From the NCBI GenBank assembly GCA_965242725.1, contig CBDESZ010000012.1, positions 1 to 64,000 on the forward strand: DNA of 64,000 bases. The letters run 5' to 3'. The position numbers and the translations under genes are program-made. Source of the DNA: Alkalispirochaeta sp. Lineage in GTDB: Bacteria; Spirochaetota; Spirochaetia; DSM-27196; Alkalispirochaetaceae. Shown piece by piece: positions 19,300-28,154 of the stretch; position 1 is the stretch's first letter, and the number at the start of each line of letters is the position of its first letter. Under the pieces are notes generated by a model, which saw only the letters and a program-made list of their open reading frames with translations, was not told the origin of the DNA and made no database searches.

Positions 19300-20586
19300 A
19301 TGGAAAAAGGTTCAGTTGGAATAAGCGACATGAGCATCTATATTCCGCCGGCAAAGATCACGCTGGAGGAAATTCTCGCTCGCCGCGCCGAGGAGGATCC
19401 GTCATTTGAACGTCGTCTCAGACGGGCGATCGAATCGACGAATCAGGTGGCGATGCGCTTTACCCGTCGTTGGGAGGATCCCGTCACCCTCGCCGCCCAG
19501 GCGTCAAGGGAACTCTTTCTGCGCTCATCGGCGGCACCGTCGGCGGCGCCTTCGGTGCGATATTTTGCCGTAGGTACAGAGTCATCGGTGGATATGTCCA
19601 AACCGATATCTGCCTACGCCCACGGATTGCTGCAGCGCACCGGCATTCCCCTTCCCCGGGAGCTTTCCACCTTTCAGGTACAGCACGCCTGTGCAGGCGG
19701 CACCATCGCCATGATGGGTGTTGCGGGAATGCTGCAGTCCATCGGGCGGGGCGATGAGAGCGGCCTGGTGGTATGCACCGACGTTGCCCGGTATCTGACG
19801 CCATCAACGGCGGAAATCACCCAGGGGGCTGGTGCGGTTGCGCTGCTTGTGGAGGAGAATCCCCGGCTTCTCGAAATTGATCTGGGGACCGTCGGCCTCG
19901 CCTCGAGCGACGAGGATGATTTTTTTCGTCCCCTTCCGTCCATTACGGCGCGCGTCCAGGGTCGCTACTCCGTGGAGTGCTATAACGATGCCCTGGATAC
20001 GGCGTTTATGGATCATGCCCGCCGCCGCGGCGAGGATCCGCGGGAACTTCTGGAAGGAACGGATCTCTTTGTTGTCCACGTACCCTTTTACAAGATGGCG
20101 ATCACCGGCATGACCAGACTCCTTGAAAAGCGTGCCGGTCTCGGCCCTTCGGAGGCGCAGCAGTTTCTTATGGACCACCACTTTGATGAGGGTATCGAGG
20201 CGGCGCGCCACGTCGGGAATATCTACTCCGGTTCCGCCTACATGTCACTCATGTATGCCCTCTGGAATCGTTGGCGCGCCGAGGGCGATTCCGTGGTCGG
20301 GAAAAAAGTCCTCATCGCGTCCTACGGGTCGGGCAATACCATGAGCGTCATCTCCGGAACGGTTGCATCCGACGCGCCCGCCGTCCTTGCGACGTGGGAC
20401 CTTGAAGCCGTCCTGGACGCGGGCCGGAACGTTTCAATGGATGTGTATAACGAGTTTATCGCCAAGGAAATGTATTCCTGGGAAACGGGAGAGGTCAGTG
20501 ACGGGAGCGATGTCGATCCCGATCGGTACTTTCTGAAGAGTATTCGCGAGGACGGATACCGGGAATACGATTACACGGCACCATGA
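19300..20586 (+). CDS. mvaS: Hydroxymethylglutaryl-CoA synthase
   Basis: VGTESSVD, QHACAGG (catalytic Cys), TQGAGAVA, HVPF, GNIYSGS and SYGSG motifs. Confidence 0.92.
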   Translation: MEKGSVGISDMSIYIPPAKITLEEILARRAEEDPSFERRLRRAIESTNQVAMRFTRRWEDPVTLAAQASRELFLRSSAAPSAAPSVRYFAVGTESSVDMSKPISAYAHGLLQRTGIPLPRELSTFQVQHACAGGTIAMMGVAGMLQSIGRGDESGLVVCTDVARYLTPSTAEITQGAGAVALLVEENPRLLEIDLGTVGLASSDEDDFFRPLPSITARVQGRYSVECYNDALDTAFMDHARRRGEDPRELLEGTDLFVVHVPFYKMAITGMTRLLEKRAGLGPSEAQQFLMDHHFDEGIEAARHVGNIYSGSAYMSLMYALWNRWRAEGDSVVGKKVLIASYGSGNTMSVISGTVASDAPAVLATWDLEAVLDAGRNVSMDVYNEFIAKEMYSWETGEVSDGSDVDPDRYFLKSIREDGYREYDYTAP

Positions 20587-21683
20587 CCGGGGCAGCGGGA
20601 AGCGGCGACCTTGGTGAGCGGAAAACTCAGCACCTCACCATTTGCGCCGACACGGATCAGTACAGGGTAGAGACGTCTGCGACTCGTCTCGGTGAGGTCC
20701 ATCTCGTTCACCACGCGCTGCCGGAACTGGACGCCGCCGAGGTGAACACGACCTCTTCATTTCTCGATGTTCCCGTTTCCATGCCTCTTTTTATATCCTC
20801 CATGACCGGCGGTTCAGCCGGCACCTATCAGGTGAACAAGGACCTCGCCGCGGCAGCGGAAGAGCTCGGGATTCCCGTGGGTATGGGTTCTATCCGCATA
20901 CTTCTGAAGAAGCCGGAGGTGATGGACCACTTTCGGTTGAAGAAATACGCCCCTTCGGTGCCGGTATTTGCCAATATCGGCGGGGTACAGCTGCCCGACG
21001 GAGACCACGACGACATATACCGTCTGATTGATGAACTGAAGGTTGACGCAATTGCGGTACACCTCAATCCCGGGCAGGAGCTGGTGCAGCCGGAAGGGGA
21101 CCACGACTTTACGGGTATCCTCGATGCGATCGGTGAGTTTACCCGGCGGTCGCCGGTGCCGGTGATCGTCAAGGAGACCGGCTTCGGCATCCATCCCGCC
21201 GACGTCCGTCGTATCCTGGAGACGGGTGTCCGCTACGTCGACGTTGCCGGTGCGGGCGGGACCAACTGGAACCGGGTGGAGTCGTACCGGCTCGATGACG
21301 CCGCGGCTGCGGCGGCGGCACGGGAGTTTGATGAATGGGGTATCCCCACCGGGCTGATCCTCGCCGCGATGGGGCGGAATTTACGGGGAGTTCTCGCATC
21401 GGGGGGAATCCGGAGCGGAATGGACGTCCTCGCCGCCCTCGCCCTCGGCGCCGAAAGCGTCGGCCTGGCCCTCCCCTTTGTACGCGCCGTCGTCGACGGC
21501 GGTGTCGCCGCGGCGGTGGCCGTCGGGCGACAACTGCAGTATGTTATCCAAATCGGTATGGTTTTATCAGGCTGTACCCGTACGGAAACGCTGCGGACCG
21601 CCCCGCTGTGGATGGACGCAGCGTTTGAAAAAGACGCGCATTCGTTACTGGAGGCGTGGCAGGGCAAGGAGCGATATGGCTGA
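20583..21683 (+). CDS. fni: Type 2 isopentenyl-diphosphate delta-isomerase
   Basis: RKTQH, SMTGG, HLNPGQE, VKETGFG and AGAGGTNW motifs. Confidence 0.94.
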   Translation: MTGAAGSGDLGERKTQHLTICADTDQYRVETSATRLGEVHLVHHALPELDAAEVNTTSSFLDVPVSMPLFISSMTGGSAGTYQVNKDLAAAAEELGIPVGMGSIRILLKKPEVMDHFRLKKYAPSVPVFANIGGVQLPDGDHDDIYRLIDELKVDAIAVHLNPGQELVQPEGDHDFTGILDAIGEFTRRSPVPVIVKETGFGIHPADVRRILETGVRYVDVAGAGGTNWNRVESYRLDDAAAAAAAREFDEWGIPTGLILAAMGRNLRGVLASGGIRSGMDVLAALALGAESVGLALPFVRAVVDGGVAAAVAVGRQLQYVIQIGMVLSGCTRTETLRTAPLWMDAAFEKDAHSLLEAWQGKERYG

Positions 21684-22999
21684 TACGGCATATACACCTC
21701 TCGAGGGGAATATTGAGCTACCACGGAACTTCCGGAAGCTTCCCGCACGGGAAAAGCGGGATCTGCTTTTCCAGCTTCTCGACACCGATCCGGGGACCTA
21801 TCACTCGTCGGCACCCTCGGACGCCCTGATCGATCTCGCTGATGTCATGGTTGAATCTGCCGTGGGTGTCATGCCGGTTCCCCTTGGAATCGCCGGGGGG
21901 ATACAGGTGGACGGAGAGCTCTTCAACATTCCCATGGCAACGGAGGAACCTTCGGTCATCGCGGCGGCCACCTATGCCGGCGGATTGATCACACGCCATG
22001 GCGGCGGTTTTTTTTACAACCTCCACCGGCCAGATTATGACCGCCCAGATCGCCATTGAACACGCCCGCCCGGGAGCGCGGGACCGGATCATCGCCGCGG
22101 AACGGGATCTCCACCGGCGCCTCGTGACGCTTCTGGGGCCGATGACGCGCCGGGGAGGCGGATATCGCGGCATCGAGGTAACCCACCATACCGAGAGCGA
22201 GCTCCTCGTCGTCTATCTCCATGTGGATACCCGGGATGCCATGGGGGCCAATATCATCAACAGCGCCGCCGAGGCGCTGCGGGAACCGCTGGAGAGCCTC
22301 ACCGGCGGAACCGTCCTCATGGCGATCCTTACAAACGCAGCGCCACGGCGGCGCGCCCGGGCAACATTTTCCATACCCGTCGACCGTCTCGGTCGCGGCC
22401 GGTTTGACGGTCCTACCATGGCCCGGCGTATCGTGAAGGGCAATGAGTTTGCCGATACCGATACGTACCGTGCGGTTACCCACAACAAGGGCATCATGAA
22501 CGGCGTATCCGCCCTTGCCCTGGCAACGGGCAATGACACCCGGGCAATAGAGGCTGCCGCACACGCCTACGCGGTCAAGGACGGACGGTATCGCGCCTTG
22601 ACTGAGTACGCCGTCGACGGTGAAGTGCTCACCGGTTCTCTTGAAATACCTATTGCCCTCGGAACGGTGGGAGGAGCCGTCGGGTTTCATCCCGTCACCA
22701 CCCTGGCGCTGAAAATACTTTTTCTCTCTCCGGAGATTGAAGTCTCAGCCGATCGGCTTAGCCGTATCGCCGTTTCGCTTGGTCTCGCCCAGAACTTTGC
22801 CGCACTGTCCGCCCTCGTGGGAGAGGGCATTCAACAGGGACACATGAAACAGCATTCCCGCCGTCTTGCATGGCTCGCAGGGGCCCGGGACAGTGAGCTT
22901 CAGGAGCTGGCGCGTCGCGTCTGGGACAACGGGGTGTTCAATATTGAAGCGGCTCGTTCACTTCTTTCGGAACTTCGGCAGCCGGAAAACGGCGGGTGA
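21676..22999 (+). CDS. mvaA: Class II HMG-CoA reductase, with a +1 frameshift in the T8 run 22008-22015
   Basis: PMATEEPSVIAA lies in the first frame. DAMGANIIN, THNKGIMNG, NDTRAIEA and GIQQGHM lie in the second. T7 restores GGGFFTTSTGQIM. Confidence 0.9.
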
Positions 23000-24063
23000 T
23001 GATGGCCGGTTATCGGGGTGAGCTGACCGCGACTGCCGTCGCCCATCCGTCTCTTGCCCTCGTCAAGTACTGGGGAAAGCGTCGCAGAGGTGTCAACATT
23101 CCCGCCACCTCGAGCGTCGGCATTTCCCTCGCCGCCCTGACAACGACAACGACCGTCTCCATCGCTTCCCGTGACCGTGTTGTGATCAACGACAGGGAAG
23201 AAGATACGAAACCTTTTCGCCCGCTCTTTTCCGCCCTCAAACGGACGATCGCACGCAGCTCCGTGGTGCACACAGGCTCCACGGCGGGCGCAAGCCCTGC
23301 GAAGACGGACAACGGCACCATTTCCCGGGGCGACCGCCCCGCCCTGCCGCGGCGATACGGCTTTTCCGTTACGTCCGGAAACGATTTTCCCACGGCAGCG
23401 GGGCTGGCAAGCTCCGCTTCAGGTTTTGCCGCACTGGTAACGGCAGCCCTCGCCGCAGCGGGAGCTTCCGACGTATCCGAAGAGGAACGCTCCGCTCTTG
23501 CCCGCATTGGTTCGGGCTCGGCGGCGCGGAGCATCTTCGGAGGATTTGTTGTGTGGGAGGCGGGGGCTTCTGCGGCCCGACAGATATACGATGAGCGGTG
23601 GTGGCCGGAACTCCGTGTTGTCGTTTTACCGCTGTCGGCTGAATCAAAACCGCTTTCCTCGCGATCAGCGATGAACGCCACCCGCGATACATCTCCATTT
23701 TTTCGCTCCTGGGTACAGGACGCCCCCCTTTTGAACCGGCAATGTCTCTATGCCGTGGCGGAACGCGATCTGACCGCCCTCGGAGAGGCGATGCGGAAGA
23801 GTTATCTCCGTATGTTTGCGACAATGATGGCGGCGGACCCGCCGGTTCTTTATTGGAGTTCGCGGACGGTGGATGTCCTCCACACGGTGGACATGATGCG
23901 CCGCGAAGGAATGCCCGTATGGGAAACGATGGACGCAGGACCTCAGGTAAAAGTTATCGTTCCCGAGACGCATGTTTCGGCCGTCCTGGAGCGGTGCGAG
24001 GGGTTTTGCGCCCTTCCGCCGGTCGTCTCTTCCATCGGCGGCGCCGCCAGGGTGGTGTCATGA
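22996..24063 (+). CDS. mvaD: Diphosphomevalonate decarboxylase
   Basis: ALVKYWGK, PTAAGLASSASG, GSGSAARS and TMDAGPQV motifs. Confidence 0.94.
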   Translation: MMMAGYRGELTATAVAHPSLALVKYWGKRRRGVNIPATSSVGISLAALTTTTTVSIASRDRVVINDREEDTKPFRPLFSALKRTIARSSVVHTGSTAGASPAKTDNGTISRGDRPALPRRYGFSVTSGNDFPTAAGLASSASGFAALVTAALAAAGASDVSEEERSALARIGSGSAARSIFGGFVVWEAGASAARQIYDERWWPELRVVVLPLSAESKPLSSRSAMNATRDTSPFFRSWVQDAPLLNRQCLYAVAERDLTALGEAMRKSYLRMFATMMAADPPVLYWSSRTVDVLHTVDMMRREGMPVWETMDAGPQVKVIVPETHVSAVLERCEGFCALPPVVSSIGGAARVVS

Positions 24064-25109
24064 AGCTCTACGCGGAATGGTCGGCCCCGGCAAATATGCT
24101 CGTTGCAGGTGAGTATGCGATCACCCGCCCCGGCGGTCTCGGACTTTCAGTTGCAACGTCACCGCGCGGGCGTCTCCGCCTGTATCGTCTTGACGGGAAC
24201 GCCGCCGGCGCGGGGAGCGATACGTCGAAAGCAATTGAAGTGGTCGCCGATATGGAGGGGAAGCAGGTCGTACACAGCGACAGAAACCCCCTTGCCATCG
24301 TGACGGCGGTCGCTGATACCGTCCTCGGGACGCCGCCGGTGACGGTTTCCGGGCGCTGGCGAATAGAAATTGACACACGCCCCTTTTTTGAACGTGCGTC
24401 GGGCACAAAACTCGGCCTCGGATCGAGCGCGGTGGCGGCGTTGCTTCTCACCGCGGCATTTCAGGAAATAGCCGACACAAATACGCGGGGCAGGCAGTTC
24501 CGGGACGACCGGGTGTACCGGAACTCCGGTCTGGAAAAGACGATCACCGCTGCGCTGGACGCCCACCGACGGTCACACGGCGGTCGGGGCAGCGGATACG
24601 ATGTCGTAACCAGCGCCGTCGGCGGGGCGATTCGATTTACCGGCGGAGCGAGACCACTGTGGACGTCGGTCTATTTTCTCGAACGATTTGTCTCCCACGG
24701 CGGTTCCCTCTTCACGTGGAACAGAGGGCGCCCGGTCTCTTCCCGCACGGCGGTGGGCTGTTTTGAAGAACAGATCCCTCCGGGGAGTGACAGGGAAACG
24801 ACATTTCTTCAGGAGAACAATGCAATCGTTGAGGATATTGAACGAACCAACGGCTGGACCGAGCTTTTTGGAGCACTCCACAAGGCGGCACATTTCGGCG
24901 CCGCCCTTGGCGAGGAAATCGGCGTTTCCGCCCAGCTCCCCTTTGTGAGCTCCCATATGGACGACGGCTGGATCGCAAAGGCGAGCGGCGCCGGGAACGA
25001 AGGGAGCATTATTTTTGCGACTCACTCGCCGCGTCGCCCCCTCCCGCGGGGATGCGCGCCCACCGCGATCGAGACTGAAGGGCTGCTGTGCCGCTACCAC
25101 ACCGGGTAG
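24060..25109 (+). CDS. Phosphomevalonate kinase (GHMP family)
   Basis: SAPANMLVAGEYA, KLGLGSSA, GSGYDV and KASGAG motifs; position in the operon; ATG 24060 overlaps the mvaD stop. Confidence 0.85.
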   Translation: MKLYAEWSAPANMLVAGEYAITRPGGLGLSVATSPRGRLRLYRLDGNAAGAGSDTSKAIEVVADMEGKQVVHSDRNPLAIVTAVADTVLGTPPVTVSGRWRIEIDTRPFFERASGTKLGLGSSAVAALLLTAAFQEIADTNTRGRQFRDDRVYRNSGLEKTITAALDAHRRSHGGRGSGYDVVTSAVGGAIRFTGGARPLWTSVYFLERFVSHGGSLFTWNRGRPVSSRTAVGCFEEQIPPGSDRETTFLQENNAIVEDIERTNGWTELFGALHKAAHFGAALGEEIGVSAQLPFVSSHMDDGWIAKASGAGNEGSIIFATHSPRRPLPRGCAPTAIETEGLLCRYHTG

Positions 25110-25114
25110 TCGGT

Positions 25115-26113
25115 ATGGCGGGAGAAATGATGTATTCGGCACCGGGGAAACTCCTCCTTTTTGGTGAACACGCCGCGGTTTTCGGTTTTCCCGCCATTGG
25201 ATTGAGCATACCCCGGAAGCTTCACCTCACCGTCACCCCCGCTCCCGGGTTGACGATCTCATTTCCCGACCTGGACATCCCGGAGGAGCAGGCCCGGGCG
25301 TTCCTTGATCATATCGAGCAGACCGCCGCCGCCATGCACTGTCCTCCCCTCGGCGGGGTTCATCTCACCGTGCGGTCCGAGCTTCCCGTCAGCAGCGGTT
25401 TCGGTTCAAGCGCCGCATTGTCCACCGTTCTCGCCCGCTGGATGCTTCATTCCGGCGATATCGTTCCGCCGGCCGCAACGGAGGCGGAAGCGACCCGCAT
25501 CTGGTCGGTGGCGCACCGGCTGGAACACTTTTTCCACGGCACCCCGAGCGGTATCGACACAGGCCTCACCACACTGGAGGGGGCGCGATCCTTTGAGTTT
25601 CCGGAGCCCGACACGGATAACGGCGGCAGCAGCGCCGACGCCCCGCGGCGCCGGAGTATACTTCCCCGCACCGCCCCGGTACGTCTCCCGGACGCGACGC
25701 TGTTGGCAGGCTCCGTGCCGCGGGAGAAAACAACCAGGGAACTGGTCGCCTCCGTACGGGCGCGACGGGACGCATCGCCGCGGCGCGTCGACGACATCCT
25801 CACCCGCCTCGGCGCGTTCAGTGTGGAAACGATAAATCATCCGGATACAACGGTGGAGGAATTCGGCGGACGGGCGCTGGCGGCGCACGAACTGTTGCGG
25901 GAACTCGGAGTTTCGACTCCCCTCCTGGACGAAATACTGCAAACTGCCCTGGCCGCGGGCGCCGCCGGCGGAAAACTCAGCGGTGCCGGGGGCGGCGGTG
26001 CGTTCTACCTTGTGTGCTCCGACGACGACACGGCTACGGCAGTAGCAGACGCGATCAGGTCGTCCGTTGCGGAGTTGCAAGCCCTAATTCGGGTGCCCCT
26101 TGGCGGGGTGTAA
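25115..26113 (+). CDS. mvk: Mevalonate kinase
   Basis: APGKLLLFGEHAAV, PVSSGFGSSAA, HGTPSGID and GKLSGAGGGG motifs; the start may be 25127. Confidence 0.92.
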   Translation: MAGEMMYSAPGKLLLFGEHAAVFGFPAIGLSIPRKLHLTVTPAPGLTISFPDLDIPEEQARAFLDHIEQTAAAMHCPPLGGVHLTVRSELPVSSGFGSSAALSTVLARWMLHSGDIVPPAATEAEATRIWSVAHRLEHFFHGTPSGIDTGLTTLEGARSFEFPEPDTDNGGSSADAPRRRSILPRTAPVRLPDATLLAGSVPREKTTRELVASVRARRDASPRRVDDILTRLGAFSVETINHPDTTVEEFGGRALAAHELLRELGVSTPLLDEILQTALAAGAAGGKLSGAGGGGAFYLVCSDDDTATAVADAIRSSVAELQALIRVPLGGV

Positions 26114-26170
26114 TTGGGAGTATACACAATCGTGTTGCAGTCCTGCCGCAACAACATTCTATATACCGAC

Positions 26171-26200
26171 AAAAAAAGCGGGAGCAATGAGCCCCCGCTT
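26171..26200 (-). terminator. Rho-independent terminator downstream of fbaA
   Basis: Minus strand AAGCGGGGGC-TCATT-GCTCCCGCTT then a T-run. Confidence 0.8.
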
Positions 26201-26222
26201 CTTAGTCGTCGAAACAGTCAAA

Positions 26223-27305
26223 TCAAATACCGAGATCGAACTGCTGGAATGAACGCAGATCCTTGAACGCCTGTACAAGCCGGGCGGCCATGCCCTTCTC
26301 GCCTGCCACGAGCCACGCCCGGGGATCGATCGTCTTCTTGTTGGGCTTATCGTCGCCGTCGGGGTTTCCGATCTGGGCCATCAGGTAGTCGTGATGGTCG
26401 TCCATGTACTTTCGCACGGGTTCACAGAACGCCCATTGCGTATCGGTGTCGATATTCATCTTGACCACTCCGTACTCAAGGGCCTCGTGAATCTTTTCAA
26501 GCTCGGAACCGGAGCCGCCGTGGAAGACGAGATCCAGCGGCTTCTTCTCGGAGAGACCACGTTCCTTCCGGACCATCTCCTGGGAGTGTTTCAGGATTTC
26601 CGGTCGAAGCTTTACATTACCGGGCTTGTAGACGCCGTGGGTATTCCCAAACGCCGCGGCGACGGTAAAGCGGCCGATCGGCTTGAGCACATCGTAGGCT
26701 TTCAGCACGTCTTCAGGCTGGGTGTAGAGTTTTGAATTATCGACGGCGGTATTGTCGACGCCGTCCTCTTCACCGCCGGTAACGCCAAGCTCGATCTCAA
26801 GGGTCATATCGATCTTTGCCATTCGGGCGAGGTATTCAGCGCTGGTCGCGATATTCTCATCCAGATCCTCTTCCGAGAGGTCCAGCATGTGGGAGCTGTA
26901 AAGGGGAACGCCCTTTTCCTTGTAGTACGCCTCTCCCTCACTCAGGAGGCCGTCAATCCAGGGCAGGAGCTTCCGGGCGCAGTGGTCGGTATGGAGCACG
27001 ACGGGAACGCCATAGAGCTCGGCCATTTTCCAGACGTGCAGAGCTCCGGCAACGGAACCGGCGATGGCGGCGCGCTGGTTGGTATTGTCCAGATATTTCC
27101 CCGCATTGAACTGACCGCCCCCGTTTGAAAACTGTATCATAATGGGGCTGGACGCCTCGCGGGCCGCCTGGAGCGACGCGTTTATACTGCTTGAACCGAT
27201 AACGTTTACCGCCGGGAGGGCGCACTTTTCTTCCTTCAGGTATGCAAACATCTCCTGCAGCGCCGTTCCGGTAACGACACCGGGTTTCATTTTCATTTTT
27301 GCCAT
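26223..27305 (-). CDS. fbaA: Class II fructose-bisphosphate aldolase
   Basis: HTDHCA, SSHMLDLS, TGGEEDG, FGNTHGVYKPG, VFHGGSGS and KMNIDTD motifs. Confidence 0.97.
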   Translation of the reverse strand: MAKMKMKPGVVTGTALQEMFAYLKEEKCALPAVNVIGSSSINASLQAAREASSPIMIQFSNGGGQFNAGKYLDNTNQRAAIAGSVAGALHVWKMAELYGVPVVLHTDHCARKLLPWIDGLLSEGEAYYKEKGVPLYSSHMLDLSEEDLDENIATSAEYLARMAKIDMTLEIELGVTGGEEDGVDNTAVDNSKLYTQPEDVLKAYDVLKPIGRFTVAAAFGNTHGVYKPGNVKLRPEILKHSQEMVRKERGLSEKKPLDLVFHGGSGSELEKIHEALEYGVVKMNIDTDTQWAFCEPVRKYMDDHHDYLMAQIGNPDGDDKPNKKTIDPRAWLVAGEKGMAARLVQAFKDLRSFQQFDLGI

Positions 27306-27361
27306 GTTATCTCTCCTTCAATAGGGAACTGCATGTATTGTAGACGAATGGAGTGACCCAT

Positions 27362-28153
27362 TCAAGACGATCGTCGTTGCTGCAATCGACCGATGATTTT
27401 CCTGCTCCAGCTGCGGGGCAGGCGGGGACCGATAACCGCCCACACCCGGGCCGCCATTCCGATGGGCGCGACGACGCGCCTGCGGGAAATCGCCCTGACG
27501 ACGCCCTCGGCGACGGACCGGGCAGATGCTGCGGAACCGACGCGACGGGGGTCGATGCCCGCGGTGGCGTGAAAGCCGCTTTCAAAGGGGCCGGGACAAC
27601 AGGTGACCACCGCGATGCCGTCGTCCTTCACCTCTTCCGCAAGGGACTCGCCAAAGGAGAGCATCCACGCCTTTGCGGCGTAGTAGGACGCCATGAGGGG
27701 ACCCGGCGTGAAAGCAGCAACGGAGGCGACGTTGCAAATCACCCCGCCCCGCGACATTGCCGACACCGCCCATCGGATGATGCGTGCCGGTGCTTCAATA
27801 TTGAGGCGAATCGCCGTGGACATGGACCGGGGATCTTCCCGAACGACGGGGCCAAAAGAGGCGCTTCCCGCATTGTTCACCACCAGGGTGATCTCCTCCC
27901 GCGATATCCCGCACTCCTCCAGCAATTCTTCAAGGCGTGAAAGGAACCGATCCAGATCGGTCAGGTCAGCGGGTATGGGTACGGCACAACCGCCGTGTGC
28001 CTCGATTTCCGCACCGAGATCGTTCAGCACCTCTTCCCTCCGACCGACGAGGAGAAGGGCATACCCTTCTTCGGCAAGAAGGCGCGCCAGTTCCCGACCC
28101 AGTGCTCCGGTTGCACCGGTAAGCAGCGCCCACCGTCGGGAAGGGGTGCTCAC
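27362..28153 (-). CDS. Short-chain dehydrogenase/reductase
   Basis: TGATGALG, VNNAG and YYAAK (YxxxK) motifs; probable GTG start at 28153. Confidence 0.9.
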   Translation of the reverse strand: MSTPSRRWALLTGATGALGRELARLLAEEGYALLLVGRREEVLNDLGAEIEAHGGCAVPIPADLTDLDRFLSRLEELLEECGISREEITLVVNNAGSASFGPVVREDPRSMSTAIRLNIEAPARIIRWAVSAMSRGGVICNVASVAAFTPGPLMASYYAAKAWMLSFGESLAEEVKDDGIAVVTCCPGPFESGFHATAGIDPRRVGSAASARSVAEGVVRAISRRRVVAPIGMAARVWAVIGPRLPRSWSRKIIGRLQQRRSS

Positions 28154-28154
28154 G

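Noticed and set aside
22008..22015. Programmed frameshift or phase variation in HMG-CoA reductase
   Set aside because: It is a homopolymer indel in a probably essential gene, with similar indels elsewhere. Sequencing error is more parsimonious, but reads are needed to confirm.
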